From the NCBI GenBank assembly GCA_000934665.2, contig KZ537989.1:1-64000 (forward strand): DNA of 64,000 nt, in the 5' to 3' direction. The stretch is from Catajapyx aquilonaris (Eukaryota). This document shows positions 1 through 12,234 of the stretch, piece by piece; within the stretch, counting starts at the first letter, position 1; each line of letters begins with the position of its first letter. Below the pieces are notes generated by a model. The model made no database searches, had not been told where the DNA came from, and was given only the letters and a program-made list of their open reading frames with translations. A program made the position numbers and the translations under genes.

Positions 1-334
1 TTGGGATCAGACATGTAGTGACTACCTACCTGAATTTTAAGGAAATTTTACTGCAAGTGTATTTTAAATTGAACTTGCTTATTATCATTAATTTTAGCCG
101 TAATTACTGAAGGTGCCCTGTATTGGCCTTATGACTAGCAATCATGCACGAATTATTATTAATATGGAAATAATCCTTATGAAAAAGGTAGAGGTACTCC
201 TCATTTTATGCCAGGGATTGGTTCCAGCAACATGCGATGTAACGTGAAAATACATAAAATGAAACAAGATTACAATGTAAGTAAATGAGATAGGTTCCAA
301 AATTTTCAACATTTACCCACTGGCAATACAAATA

Positions 335-942
335 CAGGTAAAATCTCGTTACAACAAAGCCCGTGGGACCGGGCAAATCTTTTCGTAATAACAGAATTTC
401 GTTCAATTGAGATGGGTTGTTTTTATTTCCCCCGCAAATATGTCCGAATCTGTCAACACCCGGTACACCTGTAGGTCGTTATCTGCCGCTACAAAATTGT
501 GGAAGGTAACTTCATCTGGCATGCCGGTGCTTTCTGCGACGGACCTCCACACAGATAAGTCGTCAGGGTCATCTGAGTCTTCGTGGTCCTGGGCACTCCC
601 CAAAAAAGACACTGCTGACCCCTTGATCCTTGATGCAACTTTTACCCCAACATTTCACGATGGTTGACGGTGTTACGCACGACCACACACTTATCACTAG
701 ACAGTGCTGGAGTACATGTGGCGGAGCATTGCACTGGTGCATATTTCGTTATATCGGGTTCAATACTAGACAGGGAACCACCTTTCGTATTCGTTGTACT
801 GAAAATTTCGTAGTGATAACGCATTTCATAATAATGGAATTACAAATACATCGCTCTTATGGCTGGCCAACCAAAATGTTATTTTTATTGTGTTCAATTG
901 AGATTTCGTTGTATTGGTATTCGCTAAAATGGGATTTTACTG
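335..942 (-). mobile_element. Internally deleted Tigger/pogo-like DNA transposon with a transposase remnant
   Basis: Ends are TA|CAGGTAAAATCTCG and GGGATTTTACTG|TA (imperfect TIRs, TA TSD). The minus strand encodes WSCVTPSTIVKCWGKS (like the W..V...TI.NCW.K motif at the end of DDE_1 transposases) and then, after a frameshift, EVTFHNFVAADNDLQVYRVLTDSDI (Tigger-type C-terminal segment). Confidence 0.75.
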
Positions 943-2196
943 TATTGCTGTTTTTAATGCTCACAGTCAGTATTTGAAACATTTAATATGCATGTTTAAT
1001 GGGAGGTTCCAAGTTGGTCATCAGGTTCCGACGGTTCCTTTCCCTTCTTTGGCAAGAACTGCAGTACATGTAGTGCATTGTAACAGCTACAGTGCTTGGG
1101 AGAGTGGAGAGACCAACAATACAGTATGGGAGACCAGGGCACGAGGCTACAGGGGTACGATGGCAAAGGCAAATTTGTGAAGAGAATATGAGGTTTACGG
1201 ACCTGATGCTTATGTGGTAGGTGCAGATAGACATGATCCACATTACATCCTATTTTTAATTCAATCTCAAAAGATTATTGGCGGCAGTATCAATTTTTTC
1301 GGTTTTCGACTGTCTCAGTAAATTTTTCATTAGTTTTGTCTTTTTTCTTCCAATGGAAGTGCTAGGTTACTGAGCCCAATGATGCTTTTGCAAGGCAGAA
1401 TATCTGCCTACAAAATGGCATCATAAATGGCTATTTAATATGGTACTTGTCACTCAAGAGTAGGAGCTAACTCGAAAGATTTTTAAATGCCTAGAAGGCA
1501 TGATGGCACATTTTGCTTGGGGCACGTTGGCACATGTTCCTACCGGCCTTGGAGGACCATGGCAGCCTCTACTGCCTTTCCCCTGTCACTGATTAGACCG
1601 GGCCCATGCACTTTCCTCAGTCGGTGGCTACTTGCTCTTTAGCTGGAGGGCACACTACATGTAGATTGTTTTGTCATTTTCAGAAATGTGAAAATTTCCA
1701 GATGATTTTTTTTTTCAAAGGTAATTTTGAAACCGGCGTTAATGTGAAAAGGCATAAAACGCGGAGTGCCTGTACAGTACTGTACACCCATTTCAAGCCC
1801 ATTTTTGTATACTGCATTCAACAGAAATTGGCTGTAACAATGATAATTTAGGATAATTCACTTTCTGATGGATTATAATGGTATGTTACTAGGGTAAATC
1901 CCTAATTCTGTTGCATTCTTGGAGTAGGGAGGTAGTGAAGCTATTGGAATAGTTTCCATGCAGTAAAGAGGATCTTTTTGTAATTGAATAAAATCATTAC
2001 CAAAACTTGGTCAATGCATAATGGTGATGGGCTTAATAAAGTACATGTGTATGTCTTCATTAGGTTTATCATACCGGTACTTCATATTATGATAGCACAG
2101 ATTGTCGTTTGTTTAAAATACTGTTCTGCTCATGTATGGATAATCATGGAAATTTAAGTGTTTTTTGAGTGCTGTGATGGTTTTACATTTATGCAG

Positions 2197-2372
2197 CAAA
2201 GAAGCTTCCTCCAGATGTCAACCCATCAGCAGTATTTGCATGTAATGAGCTGGACTTGCGAGATATAGAGGTGTATGGGTTTGACTATGACTACACCTTG
2301 GCCAGCTACAAGGATGCTGTAGATTTCCTCATCTATGATCTAGGGAGGAATGTCCTCATTAACAATTTTCGG
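2197..2372 (+). CDS. NT5DC3: NT5DC2/3-like coding exon (KKLPPDVNPSAVFACNELDLRDIEVYGFDYDYTLASYKDAVDFLIYDLGRNVLINNFR)
   Basis: Acceptor tttatgcag at 2196, donor gtgagt at 2373; contains HAD motif I DxDxT. Confidence 0.93.
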
Positions 2373-2449
2373 GTGAGTTATGAACCTAACAAAAAGCCTT
2401 CTGTGCACTATATTTTCATTACCTTGAGAGGATTATTATTTACCATGTA

Positions 2450-2661
2450 CCCCCACGAGCATAAAGATGGTGACGGCTGCCCCTTTTTTTGACCTTTCTT
2501 TATCCGACTCAAATTAATGAACTCTTTTTGGACCGAGTTAGCTGCTTCATGCGTGTGTTCGTGTATTTATGTAAGTATATTTGATACCGCAATAGCTGAG
2601 ATTGGCAGAGCAGCCTGCCGAAGGTGAGAGCTTTCCGTCTCTATCTTTATGCTCGCGGGTG
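2450..2661. mobile_element. Tc1/mariner-like MITE
   Basis: ~27-bp TIRs (cccccacgagcataaagatggtgacgg / ccgtctctatctttatgctcgcgggtg) flanked by TA at 2448-2449 and 2662-2663, within an ATG-TA-CAT palindromic site. Confidence 0.75.
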
Positions 2662-2945
2662 TACATAATTGCAATTGCAAAATTAGCTGAATTTAAGGTT
2701 CTATAATTAATAAGCAGTTCACATCATGGTCCTTCTGTTCATGTTTCATGCACAGTTGGGAGCAAAAATGCAGACAGAGGGTGATATGCCCTGAAGAGAA
2801 CCAAAACCACAATCATGTTAATACTTGGGTTGTTTCATAAGTCATGGTGCGTATTTTTAAATTCTGAAATGGTAACATATACTATGATGACCTTTGCTGA
2901 GTTTTGAAGCTCTGATAATTACAATTAATTTTGATCTGGCATATA

Positions 2946-3499
2946 GATGTTGCTCGTGTCACAAGGGGGGCTGGGAAAGATAAGGGGATTGTGACCCATC
3001 CACCCCCACCCCATCCCACCATTGCCCTAAGACGTCCTGAGCCTCACACGCTTGGAGCTGTTAGACGTTGCATGCAGGACACTCGGCAATGGGCAACACA
3101 AGAGCTTCCTTTCGAGTGAGGCACTAGTTATGCCCCTATGCTTAGGACTCTGGAAGACTGAACGGTCTCAGGAAGTTGGCATCCTCACTGGTTCCTCACC
3201 ATCTCTTTGAGGTGCAAAAGTGCCACCATTTTCGCCTCCCTTGGAACTCGATCGCATTGAGGGCAATGGTTTTTAAAAACGGTTTGTAGCGTTGGATGGC
3301 ACATGGCTCTGGTCACAGTGATCTGACTTGTCCCACACTCGAAAGCAAGCTTCTGTGTTGTCCATCGCTGAGTGTCCTGCATGCAGCATCCAACAGCTCC
3401 AAGTGTATCAGGCTCAGGCCATCTTAGTGCGATCGTGGGGTGGGGTAGGTCACCATCCCCTTTCGTTTCATGGCCCCCCTTGCGATAGAGGCGACATCC
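2946..3499. mobile_element. Foldback/MITE-like element with ~180-bp inverted arms
   Basis: ~2946-3130 is a diverged reverse complement of ~3325-3499. This is also visible as near-identical spurious ORFs on opposite strands (HPTIALRRPEPHTLGAV vs HPTIALRWPEPDTLGAV). Confidence 0.75.
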
Positions 3500-3800
3500 A
3501 AGTAGCAGATCAAATAGTAATCGCCGGAGCTTCACAACCAAGCAAAGTCATCTCTGTATGTGTTACCATTTTATAATAAAAAATACGCGCCAAGACTTAT
3601 GAAACAACCTACGTAAATGCTATTTTCTTGATGGAGCTAGATCATATAGCACAGATGCCTCCATACCTGGTCCACATTTTTGTATTTAGCACTGCAATGG
3701 AATGGGCATGGTTTCCTAGAACATTTTGTTGACCCACGTTTATCTTTTGTACATATCCACATATCGATAAATATGCACTGTACTGATTGCCTTTTGCCAG

Positions 3801-4016
3801 TACCCCAAAGCCATTGCTGACCTGGAATACCGACCTGGATTTGCTGTTCGTGGCCTGCACTATGACATAGAGAATGGGATTTTAATGAAAATAGACACTT
3901 TCCTCCAAATCCAAATGGGTAGTGTCTATCGTGGCCACACAAGAATAACAGATGAGGAAGTGCTCAGGATTTACAAGCAGCCTTACATACCTGTGGACCA
4001 ATTTGATGATGGTACT
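3801..4016 (+). CDS. NT5DC3: NT5DC2/3-like coding exon (YPKAIADLEYRPGFAVRGLHYDIENGILMKID...DQFDDGT)
   Basis: Acceptor cttttgccag at 3800, donor gtgagt at 4017; 72 codons, phase 0/0; family motif FAVRGLHYD. Not present in the supplied ORF track. Confidence 0.92.
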
Positions 4017-5677
4017 GTGAGTATTTCATTGTAAGATTTTAAAGTTACATATGTTATCCAGGAGGTCTTTTGAATTTTGTCAGTCCTGATCACATAGAAA
4101 ACAAATCTCCTGAAGTTTTGCATCCTGCAACAAAATCTTCCATATGATCAATAGTCTCCACCTTTCATGTAACTACTTGCACCAAATCTCGTGCAAGTGT
4201 AATCGATGCTACTTTCTGAGATTTTAGGCCACAAGCTTTTCACACTGAAATCCCATGCTTTTCCACAGCATAGGATCTGTCATAGGCAGTTGAAGCTTGT
4301 TTCTTGTGACATCACAGGAGATTTTGTTTCCATTGTAACTGGGCCTTATTTTATCCAGAATATTAAAGAATGCAGGGTCATAGAGCCTGGAAGAAAATTG
4401 CTAGAAGTATTTGAAAGCCTTTGAGAAGAATACTGTGTTACACTGAATTCTGTAGCATGCTGATATAAAACAAGATTGACCATTGGGGTCAATATAAAGT
4501 AGGATAATTTTGTAATTTTCTCCTTCCCTTGAATATGATCAGAAACTATTTGAGAAGCTATGTGCTGCCATAACAGGTTTACTGCCTTACACAAAACAAT
4601 AGATTGCAGTTCTTGAAAGTTACAGATCTGGGTAGTTTTGTGCTGTGAGGCATTGACAACCACACAGAACAGTTGATTTTCATTGGACTTTGAAGCATTA
4701 TTGGAACTTAAACATGCAGTTTTTGGCTCTCCCCCCCCCCTAAATAATTGCTTGCAACTAGGACACATTGAAGTGTCTTAATTGATTATACTACAGTACT
4801 ATTCTATCCTAATTACTATTAATTTCTGTATGAAAATACGCGTAGTTCTTACGGCATATTTTTTTTCACACATGTTCATTTATGCATTTGTGTAACTTGA
4901 TTGATCAGTCCAAAAGTATCAAACTGGGCAGGCACAGTAGCTATCAAGAGCTTACTCCTTTGCCTCAGTGCATTTTTATTGATTTCTGAGCCAATTCGAG
5001 CTCTCCCTCACACACTGTAACTAAGACAGTGTGCAAGTGAATCGTGTCTACTGATGTAGTGAGATAAATTAGAGTTTGTTTAGTTCAGAGGGTGGGAAAT
5101 GGAGATGAAAAGGGAAGAAAACTGCAATACAAACATGCCAACATGTTTGACTGATTCGACGTTAGACTCTTAAGTATGGGACGGAGGGAGGGAACCTTTT
5201 TTTTGTCTGTAAAAGATGGCAAGTGGTGTAGAGTACAGGAACATGCCAGGACTTTTGTGATTGGTTGACACTGATGGAGGTGAGGAGCTATTCTTTGCTT
5301 TATTGTGTTCCTTAAAAAAAAAAAGAATGGACACGCATGTAAACAGAGACAATACCCAACTCTGTACTGGCACACCCCATGTTATGCCAGCATGCCATAA
5401 TATCCACCAGATGTGCATTATCGGAATTCTGGCCAAATTTATCAGCCTGCCGCAGAATGATGGGTAATACAAAAATTACTTTCCAGCAAGAATGCACATG
5501 TCGACCAAAGAGGAAGTGATATTCTCGAGTCCAACAGTCATGGACAGTGCCTTGTAGTAGCTAATGGTAGTTGCTATTGGTCAACTACTGTCATCACACC
5601 AGTATCTAATGGTATCATGTAAGTGTGAAGTTGGCTTCAAGGTACAATAGAGGCAGACATATTTATTCATCCCTTAA

Positions 5678-6621
5678 CCCCTTGAGCCCCAGTCACCTAG
5701 AATCTAGGCGATGAGAACTCGACTGCCAGGTACCAGCTATACCTCCATTGCCTAGATTCTTTTCGCTTCTGTTCCACTTGCAAATAACAACAAGATATTT
5801 TACAAATAATAACAGCGATACTTTTACATTCATGCTCTACACAATGCATGTTTTGGAAACAATTTTACTCGCATAGAAGTCCGTAAAATAATTTCCAAAA
5901 AGATTGCTGCACAGTATACCCACTAGATTTCCGCCCAGATTTTCCCTCCTGTTCAACTTACAAGTACTCTAAAGATAAGGGAAAGATATTTTATAAATAG
6001 TAACAGCTATACTTACCCGTTAATGCAAAACACAACGTATGTATTGGAAACAATTTTCCTTTACTATAAGTCCGTAAATTTATTTCCAAAAATATCGCTG
6101 TAAAAAATTAGAATCCAAGTACTACTGCCCGACTGTGAGGCTGATTGAATTATGAAAATGTACGGAGTAACAATCTTGAGAACCATGCCAGAAGACTTTG
6201 TTGAAATTGTTGTACTTTCCGAGAACTTGCCTGTCACTTCGGATTACTCACAAATACTTATTTCTCGTAAAGTACGGCGATTTCAGCAAGTTCATTTGGC
6301 ACCCTTCTCAAAATTTTATTATGTATATTTTAACTTATTTCATAATTAAATCAACCTAACAGTTGGCTGGCAGTACTCGAATTTCGAGTTTTTATAACCC
6401 TTTTTTTGGAAATTAATTTAGGGACTTCTATGGAAGTAAAATGGTTTCCAAAGCATTCATAGGGTTTTCCATATCGGGTAAGAAGACATGTTATTGTTTG
6501 TAAAATATCTTGTCTGTATCTTCAGCACATGCGTAAGCAGAAAACTAGGCGATGGCAGGTATAGCTGGTACTGCGCGCTCGAGGTCTCATTGCCTAAATT
6601 CTAGGTGACGGGCTCAAGGGG
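5678..6621. mobile_element. piggyBac-like non-autonomous element (MITE)
   Basis: TTAA TSD at 5674-5677 and 6622-6625; TIR CCCCTTGAGCCC.. / ..GGGCTCAAGGGG; long subterminal inverted similarity and a ~190-bp internal duplication in the left arm. Confidence 0.85.
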
Positions 6622-7556
6622 TTAAGTTTAAGATTTGTTCACCAGTGTTTTTGAGCAGATTCAAGCATTTTAGTGCAAGAAGAAGTCACCAGATGAATGA
6701 GGTTTGAAAATTGGCTTCTTGCTCTCCTTGCATTCATGCTATGATAGATTCTCATGAGCTTGTGAGCATGGCTTTATTCAGCCAGGTGTGAACCTGCCTT
6801 CAGCAGTTGTATAGGTCTTGGCTTTAGGTGCACTTTGCTATATGAATAGGTTGAGAGAGATTTTTCATTAGGGAATCCAAAGTATTGAATCCCATTGTCA
6901 CTGGGCTTTGTGTAGGTTTGCCCCATTCCATCAGGATAATTGTGGAATGGTTGCAATTCATAGGCCCCAGCCACTTTCTTAATATTTGATTCCTCTCCCC
7001 CTCTCCCTCTCACCCTTTCACATCATCCCTTTGACCCTTTCACATCGAAAGAGGTTCAGTTTTGCCACCCTAGTAAAGCTTAGGACTGTGGCTGCTGCTT
7101 TGATAAAAATTGCATTCCCTGACAAAACTGGTAGCAGATGACATGATGAATGCATGTGACCCTGCATTACTTGAGTTTAATGTTCTGGAGATAAAGCAAG
7201 TGAAATGAAAAGGTTATTCAAGTGGTTTCTTGAGGTTTTAAATGATATCTTATTTCTGTGTATATAAATCATGAAGGCCTATGTTTGGGATACATGAAAA
7301 GTGATACATTTTGGGAAAAAGTTTGTTGTGTTGTCATCTTGCTATGGCAGCGGTTACAAATCATGGGATGTTTTCTGATTCCTGAGTTTCTGAAGAAAGG
7401 TCATGTGTGACCTTCCGACAAAGGCATTCTGATATGAAATAAACACCTGATACTGTATATAATCACTTGAACAGCCCTTGTATCTGTCCAGATGACTGTA
7501 ATGATTATCAGTGATTTAACATATTCCTACATGTTTATACTCTTATCTCTCTTCAG

Positions 7557-7691
7557 AAAAGCAGAGTGAAAATGGTGCAGCTAGCAGACCTTTTCTCACT
7601 CCCTGAAATGGGTCTGTTGTGCAATGTCACTGAATATTTTATTAAAAACAACATTGATTATCACCCAGAGATTCTTTTTCAAGATGTGAAG
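7557..7691 (+). CDS. NT5DC3: NT5DC2/3-like coding exon ([45 protein letters not shown])
   Basis: Pyrimidine tract + cag at 7556, donor gtaata at 7692; 45 codons; DLFSLPE motif. Confidence 0.92.
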
Positions 7692-7898
7692 GTAATAAAA
7701 AGGAATTTCTATATGCTCATATTGTTATCTATTAGAGACTGATTGTCAGGAAATTGATTCCAATGAAAGCTGATTTGTACTTTTATTTCCTTTGAGATAG
7801 ACACAAATATTTGTATTGCATCTCATTATCAGGTTTTGGGGCCTAAGTTTGATCCTACATTTTTGGTAGAAAAGGCAATGTGCATTGTGCAACAGTAT

Positions 7899-8265
7899 GG
7901 GGAGGTGTAGATGGCCGAGATGGTAATGTCTAGTTTTGCTGAGTGAAAGGCCCCAGGTTCGATACCCCCTTGGGGAACTTCCTTTCACCTGCGCCAGGAG
8001 GGTCTCTCACCTGCACCAAGGAGGTGTCTGGCAACCTAACCTCCTGGGGAACAGCACATGACCCCTTTACAGACATTGCACTTGCACCCATGTTCCCTCC
8101 CCAAAAATCCCTATCCTTCCCCAATGTCCCTGTTTCCTTGCACCAGAGAACGAAGTAGAACAATATATAGAAAACTGATGGTGGTGTGCCACCCCCCTGT
8201 AGTTCCTGTAAGGGACATCACGGGGTATTTAAAAAAACAACAAAAAAAACAAAAACAAAAAAAAG
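7899..8265 (+). mobile_element. Full-length tRNA-derived SINE with A-rich tail and 12-bp TSD
   Basis: A-box TGGCCGAGATGG (7912-7923), B-box GGTTCGATACC (7956-7966), A-rich tail 8231-8264, and perfect direct repeat GTGCAACAGTAT at 7887-7898 and 8266-8277. Confidence 0.85.
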
Positions 8266-8769
8266 GTGCAACAGTATCAGGGGATGGTGCCAGGTGTTGT
8301 GGAGTGCATTGCTATGCAACCACCATGAAGTGTAATTGGAAAGAGTGCACTTTGGTCTATTTCGGAATTTGGGGATATCTGAGTGTCAGATAAGTCTTAT
8401 TGGGTTGGTTAGAGTGCAGAAAGATGGGCCCACAGGAATGGTGCACAATATTATCAGCTTCATTACGTAAGTGGTCGTACTGTACTGTGTTAGGCAAGTG
8501 TTAAAAATTTTGAAAATTGCTTGAAGAAAAGTGTTGGGATACTTCCACTAGATGGATTTGGTCAGTGAGTGGATGATATTACTTCTTGATAGTTTATCTT
8601 GACAAGTTTTAATGTTGATTTTTATCCAACATTGTTGAATGTACTTTGAGTAGTTATGTTGATAAAATAAATTTGAAATTAAACCATTCATATGCTGGAT
8701 ATTGAATTGTGCAGAAGTTGAATCAAGTGTAAACTGAAATTTTCCTGATACTGTTCTAGGCCACTATGA

Positions 8770-8770
<1 letters not shown>

Positions 8771-8856
<86 letters not shown>

Positions 8857-8860
8857 TATT
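8771..8860. repeat. (ATT)n microsatellite
   Basis: About 30 near-perfect ATT units. Confidence 0.97.
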
Positions 8861-8896
8861 GTGTTGTTGTTATACGTAATTTTTTATTTCTTTCAG

Positions 8897-9054
8897 TCTT
8901 CAATACGGAGCATACATCCTATCATGCACAAAATAATTGAACAAGATGTGGCTAAACATCTTGAGGCAACCCATTCACTGCGTGACTTTTTAAATGTGCT
9001 TTTGAAAGGCGGAAAGAAAGTATTTCTGGTGACCAACAGTCCCTTCAGCTTTGT
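8897..9054 (+). CDS. NT5DC3: NT5DC2/3-like coding exon (SSIRSIHPIMHK...KKVFLVTNSPFSFV)
   Basis: Acceptor tttctttcag at 8896, donor gtaagt at 9055 (phase 2); HAD motif II TNS. Confidence 0.92.
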
Positions 9055-9133
9055 GTAAGTTACAATTTTCGAAGTAGCAATACTTAAGCATCAAAGGTCT
9101 CGCCATACATTTAATTATTATTTATGTACACAG

Positions 9134-9320
9134 TGACAGTGGGATGAACTTTCTGGTTGGTCCTGATTGGAGGGATATTTTTGATCTGGTTGTTGTGCAA
9201 GCAAAGAAGCCAAAGTTCTTCACAGATCAGACCACCCCCTTTCGGCTATATGACCCTGACACCCAGGTCAGACTTTGGGACAGAGTAACTTCTCTGGAGA
9301 AAGGAAAGGTGTACTGTGAG
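9134..9320 (+). CDS. NT5DC3: NT5DC2/3-like coding exon (DSGMNFLVGPDWRDIFDLVVVQAKKPKFF...LEKGKVYCE)
   Basis: Follows a 79-nt intron (9055-9133); acceptor cacag, donor gtaaat at 9321; WRDIFDLVVVQAKKP motif. Confidence 0.92.
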
Positions 9321-10685
9321 GTAAATCCAATTTTATTGTTTTATGCTTTATGGGATCTTTTCCCAGCTTTTTTGTGCAATAAACAAAATTCGTGATAGAT
9401 TGTCCCCCATTGATACACAGTATGTAAATCTGATAATTAAACAATACAAATGAGTTACCTTGGGATTCAAGTCGGAATTAATATGCTGATAACACTATTC
9501 ACTTTTAAAATGTAATCACTGCATTTGGTGCCACAACTACAAAAATAGTTCCATTAAAATATTCATGTCGTATATCAGGTAATTCAAGCACTCTAATCGA
9601 TAACAGTAAAGGCTAATGTCAGTGGGTGAGTAAAACAGACTGCTGTAAGTTAAGGCAACTGGATGACTTGACTGGAAGCTCGACGCTTGATTACCAATGT
9701 TTTAAAATTTATTGTTGAAGTTGATTTTGTGTATTGCTGTAGTAGTTTAGTGTAAGGGCTTGGGAACCTTAATGGTTGGAAAGTCCGCAGTCCCCAATTT
9801 TTAAGTTATTTGGTCAAAAGAGTACCAACAATGTTGCTGTTTTATTTCCAAAAAATATTTCCTGGACTCCACTGATTGATGGAAATTGTGAAAATGCTTA
9901 CTCCTACCTCCTCACCTTCAAGTGTACCAAGGGGTTATTATACATCACTGGTAAACCCATTTAATGGGCTTACCGATAGCATATTGTGCATAGTGTGTGT
10001 TTACAAATTGAGTTCACATTTGTATTGTTAGTAATGCCAAGCATGCTGTGATCACCAGGGTAAATGTCATACCTATTAACTGGAGTGAGATTGATCATTG
10101 CTTGTCCATCTCACTTAGATTAGTGCACCTGGCCACTGTCTAATCAGTGTAATGGTGCTGGACAAGAAAACTGAAACCTTATTTAGGTTCTTTGTAAATA
10201 AATGGGAACGGAGGGGCTGTAGGGCCTATATGGCTCGGCCAGTCCTAAATTCCTTAGAAAGTACATTGCAAATACAGCTTTTTCTTTATAAGCCTATAAG
10301 GCACATTGGCCCTGTGACTACAAGAGACAGAAGTTTTGCATGGGGGAGTGGAGCTTCAGTTTTCATGCCTAGTTGCTATTTGGGGAGTAGGCTGAGGTGT
10401 AGGCATACTACCTTGCTAAATGATAGAGATATACACCAGTACCAATGTGAGCTCAATTCTGAAACATGCTGCATTACTTTCTGTGACACTTGAAGGTTAG
10501 ACATGAGAGGAGAATGCAAGAGTTTTATGTTAGTAGGCTACCTCTTATGGAAAATTAAGTTGCACATTAATTCAACTTCATGTAAGGAATTATTTACAGT
10601 CTGTCAGCGTTTGATTCTAGTAACTTGTCTGCTTAGAGAATAAATTCAGAACCCTGTGTTTTTCTGTCATGTGGTATTTTTGCAG

Positions 10686-10826
10686 GGGACTTTACTGCAA
10701 TTGCAAAATATCACTGGTTGGAGAGGTCAGAATGTGCTCTACTTTGGAGACCATCCATTTAGTGACTTAGCAGATGTAACCCTTCATCATGGATGGAGAA
10801 CTGGTGCGATCATCAGGGAACTTGCC
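10686..10826 (+). CDS. NT5DC3: NT5DC2/3-like coding exon ([47 protein letters not shown])
   Basis: Acceptor tttttgcag at 10685, donor gtaagt at 10827; 47 codons; HAD motif IV GDHxxxD. Confidence 0.93.
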
Positions 10827-10971
10827 GTAAGTTTTTATGTTGGCATATTTCATTGTTACCATGCAAGTGTGTCACAGAAGAGCAGTAGGGTATATTTTTT
10901 TCTTTTCTGTTACCTTATGATAATCGATTTGTGTCCTTTGAGGTTAATTCAATGTCATTATCATTAATTTT

Positions 10972-11247
10972 AACCGAAGCAGTTTGGAGGAGGGGATATG
11001 GTGTCCGACTGCTAATCGGGAGGTCCTGAGATCAAATCCCGGGGCCGGCAACTCTGACCGTGGTTTTCTGTGGTTTCCCACGGTCCTTCCAGGAAAATTC
11101 CGGAGTTGCTTCCGTAATTAATAGGCTACAGCTGCTTCCTTCCGTCCCTATCATATCCCAAAGAGCACAGTAAAATGAAAAGCAAAGAGTTCCAGGCAAA
11201 AAAACAAACTTCCCCCCTAAAGAGCCGATGGCTGATAACGGGGTATG
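10972..11247 (+). mobile_element. tRNA-derived SINE with a core resembling Nin/Lm1-type invertebrate SINEs
   Basis: Degenerate A-box (tggaggagggg) and B-box (gatcaaatccc); core gtggttttctgtggtttcccac..ccaggaaaattccgg..taggctacagctgcttccttcc resembles widespread arthropod SINE cores; followed by a trinucleotide-repeat tail. Confidence 0.65.
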
Positions 11248-11275
11248 AATTATTATTATTATTATTATGATTATG

Positions 11276-11335
<60 letters not shown>

Positions 11336-11336
11336 T
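11248..11336. repeat. Compound (TAT)n/(AAT)n microsatellite
   Basis: A short (TAT)n run switches to a ~19-unit (AAT)n run. Confidence 0.95.
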
Positions 11337-11837
11337 GTAAGAGCATATTTTGTAGATTTCTGTGAGAATATTTATATGCATGTTTTGATGCTTTTTAGAA
11401 GATAGATATCCCACCTCAAAAAATCGGCTAGTTTATGCTTGTCATCTGTTAATAAAATCTGAGTGGATTTGTTTCACTGAATTTGTCGCTCCGTGTCCTT
11501 AGCTGGCAATGAATTGAGAATGCATTGCCAATTAGGACATGGCCAATGTAGGCCATATAGGCAGATGTTCAGAGTAATGAATGTGTTGTTGGTAATCTGG
11601 GTAGTGCTTGACCTTATTGCAAGGCAGGTATGTGGTAATGAATGTGGCATCATCATACAACTGTTAATGGATGCAGCAAAATAAATGAAGCTTTGTTTCA
11701 TGACTTTGTATAAGCACAGAAGCTTAGGGTATATGTACCTTAGTTTATTTTTGACTCAAAAAAAGTTTATCCTGAATGCCCACCATTTTTAGCTGAGTTG
11801 AGAAGTTTTATGTCAAGTTTTTTTTTAACCACCCAGG

Positions 11838-12081
11838 CTGGTGCGTAACTACCATAAATGCAGGTTGTGCTACTGCACAACCCCCCCCCCCCNCCCCCCC
11901 CCCCCCCCCCGAATTCTCCGATTAGTTTTAGAAAATTTGGAGGAAACCCACAAACCCATAATATGTCTATAACCACAGAAAGTGATGTATTGTGTAAGTT
12001 ACTAGTGATATCTGCAGGACAAAGGTTGAAGTGGAGGGGACCTTTCTGCACAAGGGCCCCAAGAATCTTGTTACGCCCCTG
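11838..12081. mobile_element. Small hAT-like MITE
   Basis: TIRs CTGGTGCGTAAC / GTTACGCCCCTG (10/12 match); 8-bp TSD cacccagg (11830-11837) and cacccagc (12082-12089). Confidence 0.6.
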
Positions 12082-12234
12082 CACCCAGCTGAATTTATTT
12101 TGAATAGAGTTTATATGACAGCTAGCAGAACTTATACCTGAATGAAGAATACCACTGTTAAGCACTTGCTCCAGTTAGTTTAAAAAAATATTTGCACTGC
12201 CAGCAATAACATGCTTTTTACTTGTTGATGACAG

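Noticed and set aside
992..1154. Candidate first coding exon of the NT5DC gene (MFNGRFQ...RGYR, phase 1)
   Set aside because: Phase fits, but the donor (gtacga) is weak, there is no promoter-like CpG context and no recognisable family similarity. The true first exon is more likely upstream of the window.
2884..2915. C box (ATGATGA) and D box (CTGA) of an intronic snoRNA
   Set aside because: Boxes are only ~30 nt apart with no terminal stem; too short.
7899..7975. tRNA gene
   Set aside because: A/B boxes are present but there is no clean cloverleaf; it is the head of a TSD-bounded SINE.
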